IMG/VR virus record: IMGVR_UViG_2902229301_000001
Coordinates: 683 to 64,682 of that record
Length of the DNA: 64,000 nucleotides
Direction: 5' to 3' (one strand)
Origin: a virus
Position numbers and translations under genes: made by a program. The notes beneath the pieces are model-generated. The model was not told the origin of the DNA, made no database searches, and saw only the letters and a list, made by a program, of their open reading frames with translations. Positions 28,299 through 36,271 of the stretch are shown here, in pieces. Within the stretch, counting starts at the first letter, position 1; each line of letters begins with the position of its first letter.

Positions 28299-28511
28299 TT
28301 AAATTTCGCTATTGGTTATCGCATCACGAAGCATGGCGATTAAATTAACTTCGACTTTCTCCATTCGCGCTTTTTTGGGGCGAATGATTATCCGTCCGTC
28401 AGAAACCATTCCTTCGCAAGTGCGTAGAGGAATACCTGTCATTTCTGAATATGTTTTTAATGAAACATATGGAGTAGGGACGGTGATATTAATGTTTAAT
28501 GCCTTAGCCAT
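28299..28511 (-). CDS. cox: Cox/Apl-like excisionase-repressor
   Basis: I.VPTPYVSL..YS..TG.P.RT....V..GR+.IRPK...VN+.A+. Confidence 0.85.
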   Translation of the reverse strand: MAKALNINITVPTPYVSLKTYSEMTGIPLRTCEGMVSDGRIIIRPKKARMEKVEVNLIAMLRDAITNSEI

Positions 28512-28522
28512 TTCACCACCTA

Positions 28523-28714
28523 CTATCCTTGTGAGTTAAAAGATTCCAGTCCCCGCAGAAACACCAGACGGGCCATGCTTGAAAGCGAGCGACTTTCTTG
28601 TGCTGCCAATGCCGCTAACTTGTCGCGCTCATCGTCCGATAAGCGCATTGGGGTAGGGTTTTTGGACGCGATACCACGCGGTAAACGCGATCTCTGTTCA
28701 CTAATAGCTGCCAT
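28523..28714 (-). CDS. Ribbon-helix-helix (CopG-like) DNA-binding protein
   Basis: PMRLSDDERDKLAALA..ESRSLSSMARL. Confidence 0.75.
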   Translation of the reverse strand: MAAISEQRSRLPRGIASKNPTPMRLSDDERDKLAALAAQESRSLSSMARLVFLRGLESFNSQG

Positions 28715-28744
28715 TGTTACTTCTCCCACTATTAAGGTTTATAT

Positions 28745-28775
28745 GCCGGAATGTTTAGCCACGTCCGGCGCGTGG
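28745..28775 (-). ncRNA. Putative H-type pseudoknot element, copy 1
   Basis: CCACG-C-GCCGGA-CGTGG-CTAAACAT-TCCGGC; copies at 29564-29594 and 61557-61585 with covariation. Confidence 0.65.
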
Positions 28776-28780
28776 TTTTG

Positions 28781-28789
28781 TGATAGGCT
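28781..28789 (+). promoter_or_regulatory. Extended -10 promoter for antisense gene X1
   Basis: TG-A-TAGGCT; equivalents at 29592-29600 and 61591-61599. Confidence 0.55.
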
Positions 28790-28827
28790 TCAAGTGCTAC
28801 CAATCAACCAACCACAAAGGGAAATTT

Positions 28828-29295
28828 ATGGAACTTAATCTAACTTCCTGTCTTCGCACTTATAACCGTATTTCTGCTAATATCGCCAGTGCTTTAAAAA
28901 TTGATAATCCAGACAATACAAAGATTGCTCCATTTATAACTAATCGCTCTCTAATTATTTTTAAGCTTGAGCTTATTCTTTTTTATCACCGTGAAGAATT
29001 CGATAAGGAACGTAAAATTCTTTCTGGTGTAAATGCACTCACTCATTATTTGTTTTACAAAAAAAATGTATCCATTTTAGATGCGAGAAATATTAGGTTG
29101 CATGATGCAATAGTTATCTTATGTGATGAAATCAACCGCTATGTAATTCCAAATAATGTAATTAATTTCATCATCGAACATGGTGATAACTACAGTTCAT
29201 CCGATGAAAATATATCTCAACTTACGGAAAGGTTCTCTTCTTACATAAATAATGAATGGGATGCTAATTTTGCTGATGAACTACTTCGGCAATAA
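28828..29295 (+). CDS. Hypothetical AT-rich protein X1 (possibly ECs1072-family), antisense to early operon
   Basis: ATG at 28828 after AAAGGG RBS; family guess from memory only. Confidence 0.7.
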   Translation: MELNLTSCLRTYNRISANIASALKIDNPDNTKIAPFITNRSLIIFKLELILFYHREEFDKERKILSGVNALTHYLFYKKNVSILDARNIRLHDAIVILCDEINRYVIPNNVINFIIEHGDNYSSSDENISQLTERFSSYINNEWDANFADELLRQ

Positions 29296-29539
29296 ATTCG
29301 TCGAGTTCAGCTAACCTTTTTTCCGATTCATCAGCATTAGCCCGCAGCTTTTCAGGTTTTCCACGGAGAGAACTGCGGGTATCCAGTGTATCAGCGGTTT
29401 CACGCAGGAATTTAATCAACTCACCATCGCTCAACCCTGCGCTGAAAATTTTAGGTCGTTTTTGAGCCTCTACCTCTGCACCTACAGCACATTCCCTGGT
29501 GTTGGACTGTGCGCTCAGATGATGATTTTCTTGTGTCAT
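29264..29539 (-). CDS. Hypothetical protein Y1 (MTQENHH...)
   Basis: GGAG RBS; first 22 codons shared with Y2. Confidence 0.7.
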   Translation of the reverse strand: MTQENHHLSAQSNTRECAVGAEVEAQKRPKIFSAGLSDGELIKFLRETADTLDTRSSLRGKPEKLRANADESEKRLAELDEFIAEVVHQQN

Positions 29540-29540
29540 A
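29474..29540. repeat. 67-bp direct repeat copy 1 (copy 2 at 30022-30088)
   Basis: CTCTGCACCTACAGCAC...GGTGTTGGACTGTGCGCTCAGAT.ATGATTTTCTTGTGTCATA. Confidence 0.9.
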
Positions 29541-29563
29541 TATTTCTCCATTTTTAAGTATGT

Positions 29564-29594
29564 GCCGGAGTTTTTAGCCACGTCCGGCGCGTGG
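29564..29594 (-). ncRNA. Putative H-type pseudoknot element, copy 2
   Basis: CCACG-C-GCCGGA-CGTGG-CTAAAAAC-TCCGGC. Confidence 0.65.
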
Positions 29595-29633
29595 TATCCT
29601 CACTGCTCTCACACAAAGTAAGGATGTTATGAA

Positions 29634-29840
29634 ATGACAAACAAAGAACTACAAATAAAAGAAACTGGTGAAGTGATAAAAGCTGCATTAAATAATGGTT
29701 CTCTCCAGCAATTATCTCAGTTAGTTGCAAATCAGCTTCCGGCTAGAAGTGATGGTTCATTCCCCGCACACAACTCAATTACTTTCGAAGAGTTGTACGC
29801 AACCGTATTCAATGCAGTAGGCAAAGCTATCAAGTCTTAA
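29634..29840 (+). CDS. Hypothetical 68-aa protein X2, antisense to early operon
   Basis: AAGGA RBS; TGGTATCCT extended -10 upstream. Confidence 0.65.
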   Translation: MTNKELQIKETGEVIKAALNNGSLQQLSQLVANQLPARSDGSFPAHNSITFEELYATVFNAVGKAIKS

Positions 29841-30087
29841 CCGCTGATCCAGATAGCACATTGCAAGACTCTGTTTCTGCTGCCACTGCTAGTGTCAGAA
29901 TAATTTTTATATCTCGGCTGAAGACCTTTTTTCCAAGCTCTTCAGCCTTTTTATTAATACTTTCCGTAAGGCTGGCTGCGATACTCAGTCGCTCATTATT
30001 TTCCAATACCCCCAAGTTCTTCTCTGCACCTACAGCACGATCCCCGGTGTTGGACTGTGCGCTCAGATCATGATTTTCTTGTGTCAT
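29830..30087 (-). CDS. Hypothetical protein Y2 (MTQENHD...), first gene of early operon
   Basis: Directly downstream of the early promoter; shares N-terminus with Y1. Confidence 0.65.
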   Translation of the reverse strand: MTQENHDLSAQSNTGDRAVGAEKNLGVLENNERLSIAASLTESINKKAEELGKKVFSRDIKIILTLAVAAETESCNVLSGSAVKT

Positions 30088-30088
30088 A
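30022..30088. repeat. 67-bp direct repeat copy 2
   Basis: Near-identical to 29474-29540. Confidence 0.9.
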
Positions 30089-30089
30089 A

Positions 30090-30155
30090 TGGTATGTTGT
30101 GATCCACTGTTAGCCTGTGAAAATCATTATGAGATCTATTGATCTCTTTTGTCAA
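30090..30155. promoter_or_regulatory. Face-to-face lytic/lysogenic promoters with operator
   Basis: Minus strand TTGACA (30150-55)-N18-CATAAT (30126-31); GAGATC-N4-GATCTC palindrome 30131-30146; plus strand TGGTATGTT 30090-98. Confidence 0.6.
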
Positions 30156-30164
30156 GGTAGAAAA

Positions 30165-30557
30165 GTGACTTTTAGATCTCTTTGTGTCGAGCGACTGAAA
30201 TCCGAACGGAAACGGCTATCCCTGAATCAGGCAGATGTGGCCGAATTGTGCGGAGTGTCGAGGGAAACATGGGGTAAATACGAAAGGGGCTCTATGGTGC
30301 CAGGAGGAGATGTTTTGCTCTCTTTTGCCATGGCGGGAGCAAACATCCAATTTGTTCTGACTGGTGAAGAATCTGGCGGTGTTGCTCTTTCGCGAGATGA
30401 AATTGAACTGGTCAAAAGCTTTAGAGCGGCTCCTTTGGCAGTAAAAGCTGCTGCGCTGGGCGCATTGACGGCGGGTAGCTCTGCAACAGCATCGATAAAC
30501 GTAACGGGTAGCGGCCAGCGTGTAGCGGGCAGGGACTATCACGAAGGTAAGAAGTAG
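30165..30557 (+). CDS. cI: XRE-family immunity repressor
   Basis: ERLKSERKRLSLNQADVAELCGVSRETWGKYERG HTH; GTG start at 30165 preferred. Confidence 0.88.
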   Translation: MTFRSLCVERLKSERKRLSLNQADVAELCGVSRETWGKYERGSMVPGGDVLLSFAMAGANIQFVLTGEESGGVALSRDEIELVKSFRAAPLAVKAAALGALTAGSSATASINVTGSGQRVAGRDYHEGKK

Positions 30558-30579
30558 CGAAGCATCAAGGATGTAATGG

Positions 30580-31182
30580 ATGACCGTAGAGGCTCAAGGG
30601 GATAGTAATCGGGTCGCAGGACGTGATTATTACGAAAAAAATATCAATATTGCCGCCCCACAAACTAAAGAAGATTTGCGCCCGTTGGTTAGCGCACAGC
30701 GTTCCCAATTAAACCAACTGGTAAAAGATATTGCGGAAGCAGGGCGTGAAGATGTGCGTTTTGTTTGGCGGCGTTTACATGCTGAGCTTGGTGTGAATGG
30801 TATTGAAGAAATCACCATCAGCCAGTATTCCACGGCGCTAAGTTTCCTGAATGCATTACATGATCGCAGTCGGGAAAAGGATGCTAATAACAAATTAGTG
30901 TCCCAATTATTAAGAAGCACACAGCAGAACGAATTACGTGAACAGCTTACGCGGTTCTGTCACATCAATTTTGGTACAAGCCGGTTAATTGATTTAACTC
31001 GCCCCCAGCTTCAGCAAGCAATGAGATGGCTGGATGAACGGCAGGGCAGAACTACACCCAATGCATCACCCCCAAAAGCGCAGACGTGGCAAGATGCGGT
31101 AAATACCTTAAAAGCAGAACCTCGGATTTTTGGCGCAGTGCTTGCGACGGGTATCGTGCTGGGAATGTTGTTGGCGCATTGA
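30580..31182 (+). CDS. Membrane-anchored protein with N-terminal RVAGRDY motif and ORF6C-like segment
   Basis: C-terminal TM (IFGAVLATGIVLGMLLA); VWRRLH..LGV..I.EI...QY..AL.FL. Confidence 0.7.
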   Translation: MTVEAQGDSNRVAGRDYYEKNINIAAPQTKEDLRPLVSAQRSQLNQLVKDIAEAGREDVRFVWRRLHAELGVNGIEEITISQYSTALSFLNALHDRSREKDANNKLVSQLLRSTQQNELREQLTRFCHINFGTSRLIDLTRPQLQQAMRWLDERQGRTTPNASPPKAQTWQDAVNTLKAEPRIFGAVLATGIVLGMLLAH

Positions 31183-31230
31183 TATCAGTTTCTCTAAGAA
31201 TATAAATTTAACTATATTAGCGAGCTAATC

Positions 31231-32061
31231 ATGACTGATGAAAATACCTCTGAAAATGATAAGTCTTCTGGAAATAATAAAGTCGCGGAAACTATTAATG
31301 CTGTGACTGGGCTTACACAGTCAGTGCCAGTGTATCAGGATTTGATACAGCCAGCAGCGCAGGAGCTAGGCAAAGGTCTTGCGGTTATTGCCAAATCAAT
31401 AAATGTTGCTCTTTCGCCGTTAAGCGTAATGGTTTGGGGGTATGAAAAGATTCAAGATCAGTTTATGCCTAAAGTGGCCGAAAAATTAAAAAATACCAAG
31501 CCAGAAGATATCATCACACCTAAACCCAATGTTGCGGTTCCTGCGATTGAAGCATTACGGTATACGGCAGATGATGAGTCTTTAAGTGATTTGTTTGCAG
31601 GGTTACTATCTTCTGCTATGGATAAAAATAAATCAAGCAAAGCACACCCTGCCTTCGTTGAAATTATTAAGCAATTAACAGCAGATGAAGCGAAAATAAT
31701 TACAGTAATCAAAGATAAAAGGGGGATTCCGTTAATAGATATTGTTGTTTTTAATGATGAAATTAATTCTCAAAATATTGTCTATAGCAATCTTTCTTCT
31801 TTTTCATTTGGGAGGGGATTGGAACAACCACAACAATTCTCATCTTATGTTTATAACTTATGTCGACTTGGGTTACTTGAAATACCAGCAGAGTATATTT
31901 ATCTAGACTCCGATGTTTATGATGAAATTATCAATAGTTCCTTTTGGAAGGAGGTGAGTGACGCTGTGAAGTTAAAAGAAAATCAAAGCTTTCATTATGA
32001 TAGAAAAGTATTAACTATTACAGCTATGGGGAAACAGTTTATATCTGTGTGTATTGGTTAA
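31231..32061 (+). CDS. DUF4393/Abi-alpha family protein
   Basis: PAAQELG, PKPNVAVPAIE...LF..LL.SAMD, HPAFVEIIKQLT.DEA, L.RLGLL. Confidence 0.8.
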   Translation: MTDENTSENDKSSGNNKVAETINAVTGLTQSVPVYQDLIQPAAQELGKGLAVIAKSINVALSPLSVMVWGYEKIQDQFMPKVAEKLKNTKPEDIITPKPNVAVPAIEALRYTADDESLSDLFAGLLSSAMDKNKSSKAHPAFVEIIKQLTADEAKIITVIKDKRGIPLIDIVVFNDEINSQNIVYSNLSSFSFGRGLEQPQQFSSYVYNLCRLGLLEIPAEYIYLDSDVYDEIINSSFWKEVSDAVKLKENQSFHYDRKVLTITAMGKQFISVCIG

Positions 32062-32090
32062 CTAGTCATTTCCATATAGAGCAATCGAGA

Positions 32091-33101
32091 ATGAGTGTAA
32101 GCAAACTCCCATCTGGCAAATGGCTTTGCCAGTGCTTCCCTTATGGCCGTGATGGTAAACGTATCCGCAAACAGTTCGCCACCCGTGGCGAGGCGCTTTC
32201 CTATGAGCGCCGCCTTATGGCCGATAAAAAAGGCATTGATACCACAACCAGTAATATCACTCTGAAAGATTTGGTTCAGCGCTGGTATGACATGCACGGT
32301 AAAACGCTATCGTCCGGTGATTCTCGCTATACGAAATTACTCGCTATCTGTGAACGTTTGGGCGATCCGTTTGCTATCGACGTTGATAAAAATATGTTTG
32401 CCGTGTACCGAGAACGACGCCTTAAAGGTGAGTGGAATCCGAAGGGGAAAGCCGTTCTGAAAGAAGCAACGGTTAACCGTGAATACTCTTACCTGCGTGC
32501 GGTCTTTTCCGAGCTGAAAAGGATGGGGGAGTGGGACAAAGAAAATCCGCTGGATGGTATACGCCAATTCAAAGAAGGTGATCAGGAGCTGGCATTTCTC
32601 TATCCAGATGAAATAAAGCGCCTGCTGGCTGCGTGTGATGAATCAGATAATAAAGATTTGGGTATCATCGTTCGTCTGTGCCTGGCGACAGGAGCACGGT
32701 GGGGGGAGGCGCAAGATTTAAGACAGTCTCAAATCCTGCCAAACCGCGTTACTTTCACCAGGACGAAAGGCAACAAGAACAGAACGGTGCCCATTTCGGA
32801 AAAGATGCGCAGCCTGTTGCCTAAAAAACGCGGAGCACTTTTCACTCCAGCTTATGAGTCTTTCAAGTACGCCATTAAACGTGCAGGCATTGAACTACCG
32901 GGCGGGCAGCTTACCCACGTTTTACGTCACTCATTCGCATCACACTTCATGATGAACGGCGGAAACATTCTGGTACTGCAACAGATTTTAGGCCACAGCA
33001 CTATCACCATGACAATGCGTTACGCCCACTTTTCGCCGGATCATTTGGATGCGGCCGTTACCTTAAACCCATTTGATAATATTGATAAGGAACTTTCATG
33101 A
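32091..33101 (+). CDS. int: Tyrosine integrase (186/HP1-type)
   Basis: LATGARWGE, TK..K.R, HVLRHSFASH, LGHS.I.MTMRY catalytic residues. Confidence 0.97.
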   Translation: MSVSKLPSGKWLCQCFPYGRDGKRIRKQFATRGEALSYERRLMADKKGIDTTTSNITLKDLVQRWYDMHGKTLSSGDSRYTKLLAICERLGDPFAIDVDKNMFAVYRERRLKGEWNPKGKAVLKEATVNREYSYLRAVFSELKRMGEWDKENPLDGIRQFKEGDQELAFLYPDEIKRLLAACDESDNKDLGIIVRLCLATGARWGEAQDLRQSQILPNRVTFTRTKGNKNRTVPISEKMRSLLPKKRGALFTPAYESFKYAIKRAGIELPGGQLTHVLRHSFASHFMMNGGNILVLQQILGHSTITMTMRYAHFSPDHLDAAVTLNPFDNIDKELS

Positions 33102-34267
33102 CTAAGCCAGATTTGGATTATGGTGCAATCTGTATTGATAATTCCAGCTTAAAAAGCTTGGGTTACAAATTTGAAGAAGGCCTGCTTTTTCAATTACGCC
33201 AATTTAAAAATAGTTCAATAAAGTTAATCCAGCCGGATGTTATTCATAAAGAAATAATAAAGCATTTATCAAACCCCATTCATGAGTTGGATAAAAACTT
33301 TGATAAAATGATTAAAGATTTAAATAGATTGGTTGGTGCCGATATAGATACTGTTACTAGTATAGTTTCCGAACTGAAAAAATTTACAAATGCTGAATTA
33401 ATAACAAAGGATAGAGTTAATAAATTTTATGAAGAAGTTAATGGGGAGGTTTTAAAATGCTCTGAGCATCTTGATGTTAATTTGTTGCTTGATATGTATT
33501 TTGATATTGACGCTCCATTCGAAGATAATAAAGAAAAGAGAAAAGAATTCCCTGACGCTATTGCGTTACTTAGTTTAGAATCTTGGGCTGTTAAACAGGG
33601 GTTCAAAGTAATTATTGTCAGCAATGATAATGGGTGGATGAATTACGCAGACACTTCTGAAAATTTAGTGTTTTTTAAAGAGCTACCCGATGCGCTTGCG
33701 GAAATCCAGCCGCATGCGGAAGCCCAAAAAATAATAAAACTATTAATGGAATCCGATTTTATTCTTGATAGTAATAATTTAATCAGTGAGATATCAGAGC
33801 TTATAGAAGCAGAAGTTAACGGTGTTGATCCATGGGTAGTGTCTATTGATGCAACATCAGATCAAATCTATGACTATGATGATATTACAGTGGAGTATAC
33901 TACATGTGATGTTTTAGTAAAAAAAGAATCGAGAGATACACCAATAAAAATAATAAAAATAAATAGTGACGAGATAGTTTTAAACCTAACAATAAAAATA
34001 TTTTGTAATGTTAGTGCTTCTTTTGATTTTTCTGTGGAGGATGGAATTGATCATGATTATGTTTCTGTGGGCTCCTCGAGGGAAACGGTATCGGCCGATT
34101 TCATTACTGATGCTATCTTAACAATTTCAGGAGATTTTTCAGCGGGAGTTGAAGCGCTCAGTGTTGATAATGTGGAACTGCAAGGGTTTTTATCTTCCGT
34201 TGACTTTGGTTATATAGAACCTAGTTATGAAGAATACTTTGACTATGAAGAAGAGTCGGAACAGTGA
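33098..34267 (+). CDS. PIN-like domain protein (DUF4935/PIN_12-like)
   Basis: ICIDNSSL, PDVIHKEI, PF...K.EFPDA...LSL, IVSND.GW; acidic C-terminus; AT-rich. Confidence 0.75.
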   Translation: MTKPDLDYGAICIDNSSLKSLGYKFEEGLLFQLRQFKNSSIKLIQPDVIHKEIIKHLSNPIHELDKNFDKMIKDLNRLVGADIDTVTSIVSELKKFTNAELITKDRVNKFYEEVNGEVLKCSEHLDVNLLLDMYFDIDAPFEDNKEKRKEFPDAIALLSLESWAVKQGFKVIIVSNDNGWMNYADTSENLVFFKELPDALAEIQPHAEAQKIIKLLMESDFILDSNNLISEISELIEAEVNGVDPWVVSIDATSDQIYDYDDITVEYTTCDVLVKKESRDTPIKIIKINSDEIVLNLTIKIFCNVSASFDFSVEDGIDHDYVSVGSSRETVSADFITDAILTISGDFSAGVEALSVDNVELQGFLSSVDFGYIEPSYEEYFDYEEESEQ

Positions 34268-34491
34268 GGTTAACCTTTATAGTATATAGCCAGTCATAAT
34301 ACTCTGCGCGGTTGTTAGAGCCTGATTTTTGAGTCCAGTGCATGGTAGTGCGGTTGGTAAGTGTTATGTGCTGTATGCTTAGTAACTAGTATATCTGTTA
34401 ATTAGATATGAATAATAGAACAGCCTAAGGACATAGAATCAGTGGCAGCAAAAACGAGCATAGCGCAATATTTCGTACAATACCGTAATTG

Positions 34492-34504
34492 CAACTCATT
34501 GATA
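34492..34504 (-). promoter_or_regulatory. IHF site in att arm
   Basis: TATCAATGAGTTG fits WATCAR-N4-TTR; a second, 1-mismatch site at 34616-34628. Confidence 0.6.
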
Positions 34505-34542
34505 TCATTTAACCTATTGTTTTATTTAATGTGGTGTAACTT

Positions 34543-34597
34543 TTTAAAATCCCTCGGCGTTCGCGCTGTGCGGGTTCAAGTCCCGCCCCGGGCACCA
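34543..34597 (+). repeat. att core = 3' half of tRNA-Leu(TAA), leuZ-type; junction between prophages
   Basis: TTTAAAATCCCTCGGCGTTCGCGCTGTGCGGGTTCAAGTCCCGCCCCGGGCACCA; 5' acceptor/D arms absent. Confidence 0.9.
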
Positions 34598-34642
34598 TTG
34601 ATTTAAAAAGAATTAAAACAAGCACTTATGTGCAATGTCGTG

Positions 34643-34665
34643 AACCGCCGAGAGGCGGTTTTTTT
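34643..34665 (+). terminator. Phage-supplied terminator after tRNA 3' end
   Basis: AACCGCC-GAGA-GGCGGTT-TTTTT. Confidence 0.8.
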
Positions 34666-34681
34666 GTGCCTGAAAAATAGC

Positions 34682-34714
34682 AAGTGGCGGCAAAATGGCG
34701 ACAGAGTGGCGACG
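34682..34714 (+). repeat. Three 11-bp-periodic TGGCGRC repeats, probable integrase arm sites
   Basis: TGGCG at 34685, 34696, 34707; related TGGCAGCA at 34443 on the other arm. Confidence 0.6.
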
Positions 34715-34808
34715 CTTATTTTGAGTTTATGATAAATGGTTATTGTTATGACTGAAGGATGAGTTATTTATTAAGGCCTGTCTTTTACTAATTATTCATT
34801 TTTATTGA

Positions 34809-35027
34809 TTATACCCACATCTGGAATTGCTTATTAGAAGCAGGGTGGGGTGTCACTGGATCTATCTTCCCAGGCTCAACTATTGAGCGGGTGACGCTTT
34901 CAAGTGTAACAAACGTATGGCCGCAATTGATGTTTGTACATTGGTGATAGCGTTCTTTAGTAGATTCGCTTAAGTAGCGGCTTGAACGAGCATGGGCAGC
35001 ATGTCGGCAGAGTGGGCAATGCATCAT
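34809..35027 (-). CDS. ogr: Ogr late activator
   Basis: MMHCPLC...ERYHQCTNINCGHTF, 72 aa. Confidence 0.95.
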   Translation of the reverse strand: MMHCPLCRHAAHARSSRYLSESTKERYHQCTNINCGHTFVTLESVTRSIVEPGKIDPVTPHPASNKQFQMWV

Positions 35028-35113
35028 AATTTTATCCTTAACTGGCTTTTTTCTATCTAATATTACCATTTAATTCAAATAATGGAATTTTGTTCAAAAA
35101 ATTGATTTTAATC

Positions 35114-36271
35114 TTATTCACTTCCCTCATACTCAATATCAGACAGCAGCACCTCCAATTCCAACGCGGTAACGTATCCTGAATTACTCAAACTGTGCGT
35201 CACTTTTGAGATTGTCCATTCCTGTTCGTCGATCACCTGCTTAAAGCCGCTCACCTGAACAGGGGTTTCCGGGAACAGGTCAGCGCGCCCCATTGCTAGC
35301 GTAATAGAAAACTCCGCGACACCCCGTTGCAGTTTGTCCCACTTTGCCTGTGCGGCACGCATGGCTTGTGCTTTGGTCGCAAATACCGTGGTCAATGCCA
35401 ACACATTTTCATCGGTGCCGACCAGATAATCACCCTCGCGAGCTTCTGGCTCCTTCTTTGTCTTTTTCGATTTAGGGTGTGGCTTCTGGGGTTGTGGCCC
35501 TTGATGCAATAGCACTTTCTTCTGACGTTTTACCTTTACCGTTTTCGGTTTTTCATGCTGCGGCTCTTTGGTATGCAGCCAGCTTGCCGTGACGCCTGTG
35601 TACGCGCCCCGGTCAGCCAGACTAAAACTGTGCTGATCGCCGTCGCTGCGCTCAATTATCTGCTGCGGGATAGGTTTGCCGCTGGCCGTCTTCCCCGTTC
35701 CAGGACGGATAAACAGCAAACGCCCGGCCTTGATCGCCACTATTGCCCCGTTGCGCTCAGCCAGCCGGGTAATAAATACCGCGTCGGTTTCCTGCGTCTG
35801 GTCGATGTGCGGAATTTTTATCCCCGCGAATCCGTCGGCCAGCATCGGCGCAAGATTGTTACGCTTCGCCACCTGTTCAACAATCGCCCCCAGCGTCATA
35901 TCGTGATACGACTGCTCACGCCGGGCGTTCAGCGACCCGCGAAAATCGGCACTCCGCGCCCTGATGGTGAGCGTATCCGGCGTGCCACGGTGTTCTATTT
36001 CATCCACCGTAAAATCGCCTTTGCCGATCAGCGCGTCTCCTTCCCAGCCCAAAAACACCGACAGCACCGCGCCCCGGCGGGGTAACTGCAACAGCCCGTC
36101 GCTGTCGTCCAGCTCGATGTCGAGCTGATCGGCTTCAAATCCCCGGTTATCGGTCAGGCTCAGTGACAACAGGCGCGGACTGATAACGGTCGTGATGTCC
36201 TGCTCATTGAGTCGCAGCAGGTACGCGGGAGCGATTTTACTGCCAGCGCGAACATTCAGCGGGTTAATCAT
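35114..36271 (-). CDS. D: Late control/tail protein D
   Basis: LTDNRGFEADQLDIELDD. Confidence 0.93.
   Translation of the reverse strand: MINPLNVRAGSKIAPAYLLRLNEQDITTVISPRLLSLSLTDNRGFEADQLDIELDDSDGLLQLPRRGAVLSVFLGWEGDALIGKGDFTVDEIEHRGTPDTLTIRARSADFRGSLNARREQSYHDMTLGAIVEQVAKRNNLAPMLADGFAGIKIPHIDQTQETDAVFITRLAERNGAIVAIKAGRLLFIRPGTGKTASGKPIPQQIIERSDGDQHSFSLADRGAYTGVTASWLHTKEPQHEKPKTVKVKRQKKVLLHQGPQPQKPHPKSKKTKKEPEAREGDYLVGTDENVLALTTVFATKAQAMRAAQAKWDKLQRGVAEFSITLAMGRADLFPETPVQVSGFKQVIDEQEWTISKVTHSLSNSGYVTALELEVLLSDIEYEGSE

Larger units (their letters stand above)
1..34597. mobile_element. P2-like prophage 1 (left end outside window)
   Basis: Full set of P2-type head, tail, lysis, replication, switch and integrase genes ending at a tRNA-Leu 3' att core. 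Confidence 0.95.

Noticed and set aside
28745-28775. Pseudoknot on the plus strand
   Set aside because: On the plus strand a 1-nt loop would have to cross the minor groove of a 6-bp stem, which is sterically implausible; only the minus-strand fold is kept
34500-34597. Complete tRNA-Leu gene
   Set aside because: Only the anticodon loop to CCA is present; upstream sequence is AT-rich phage arm, not acceptor/D stem
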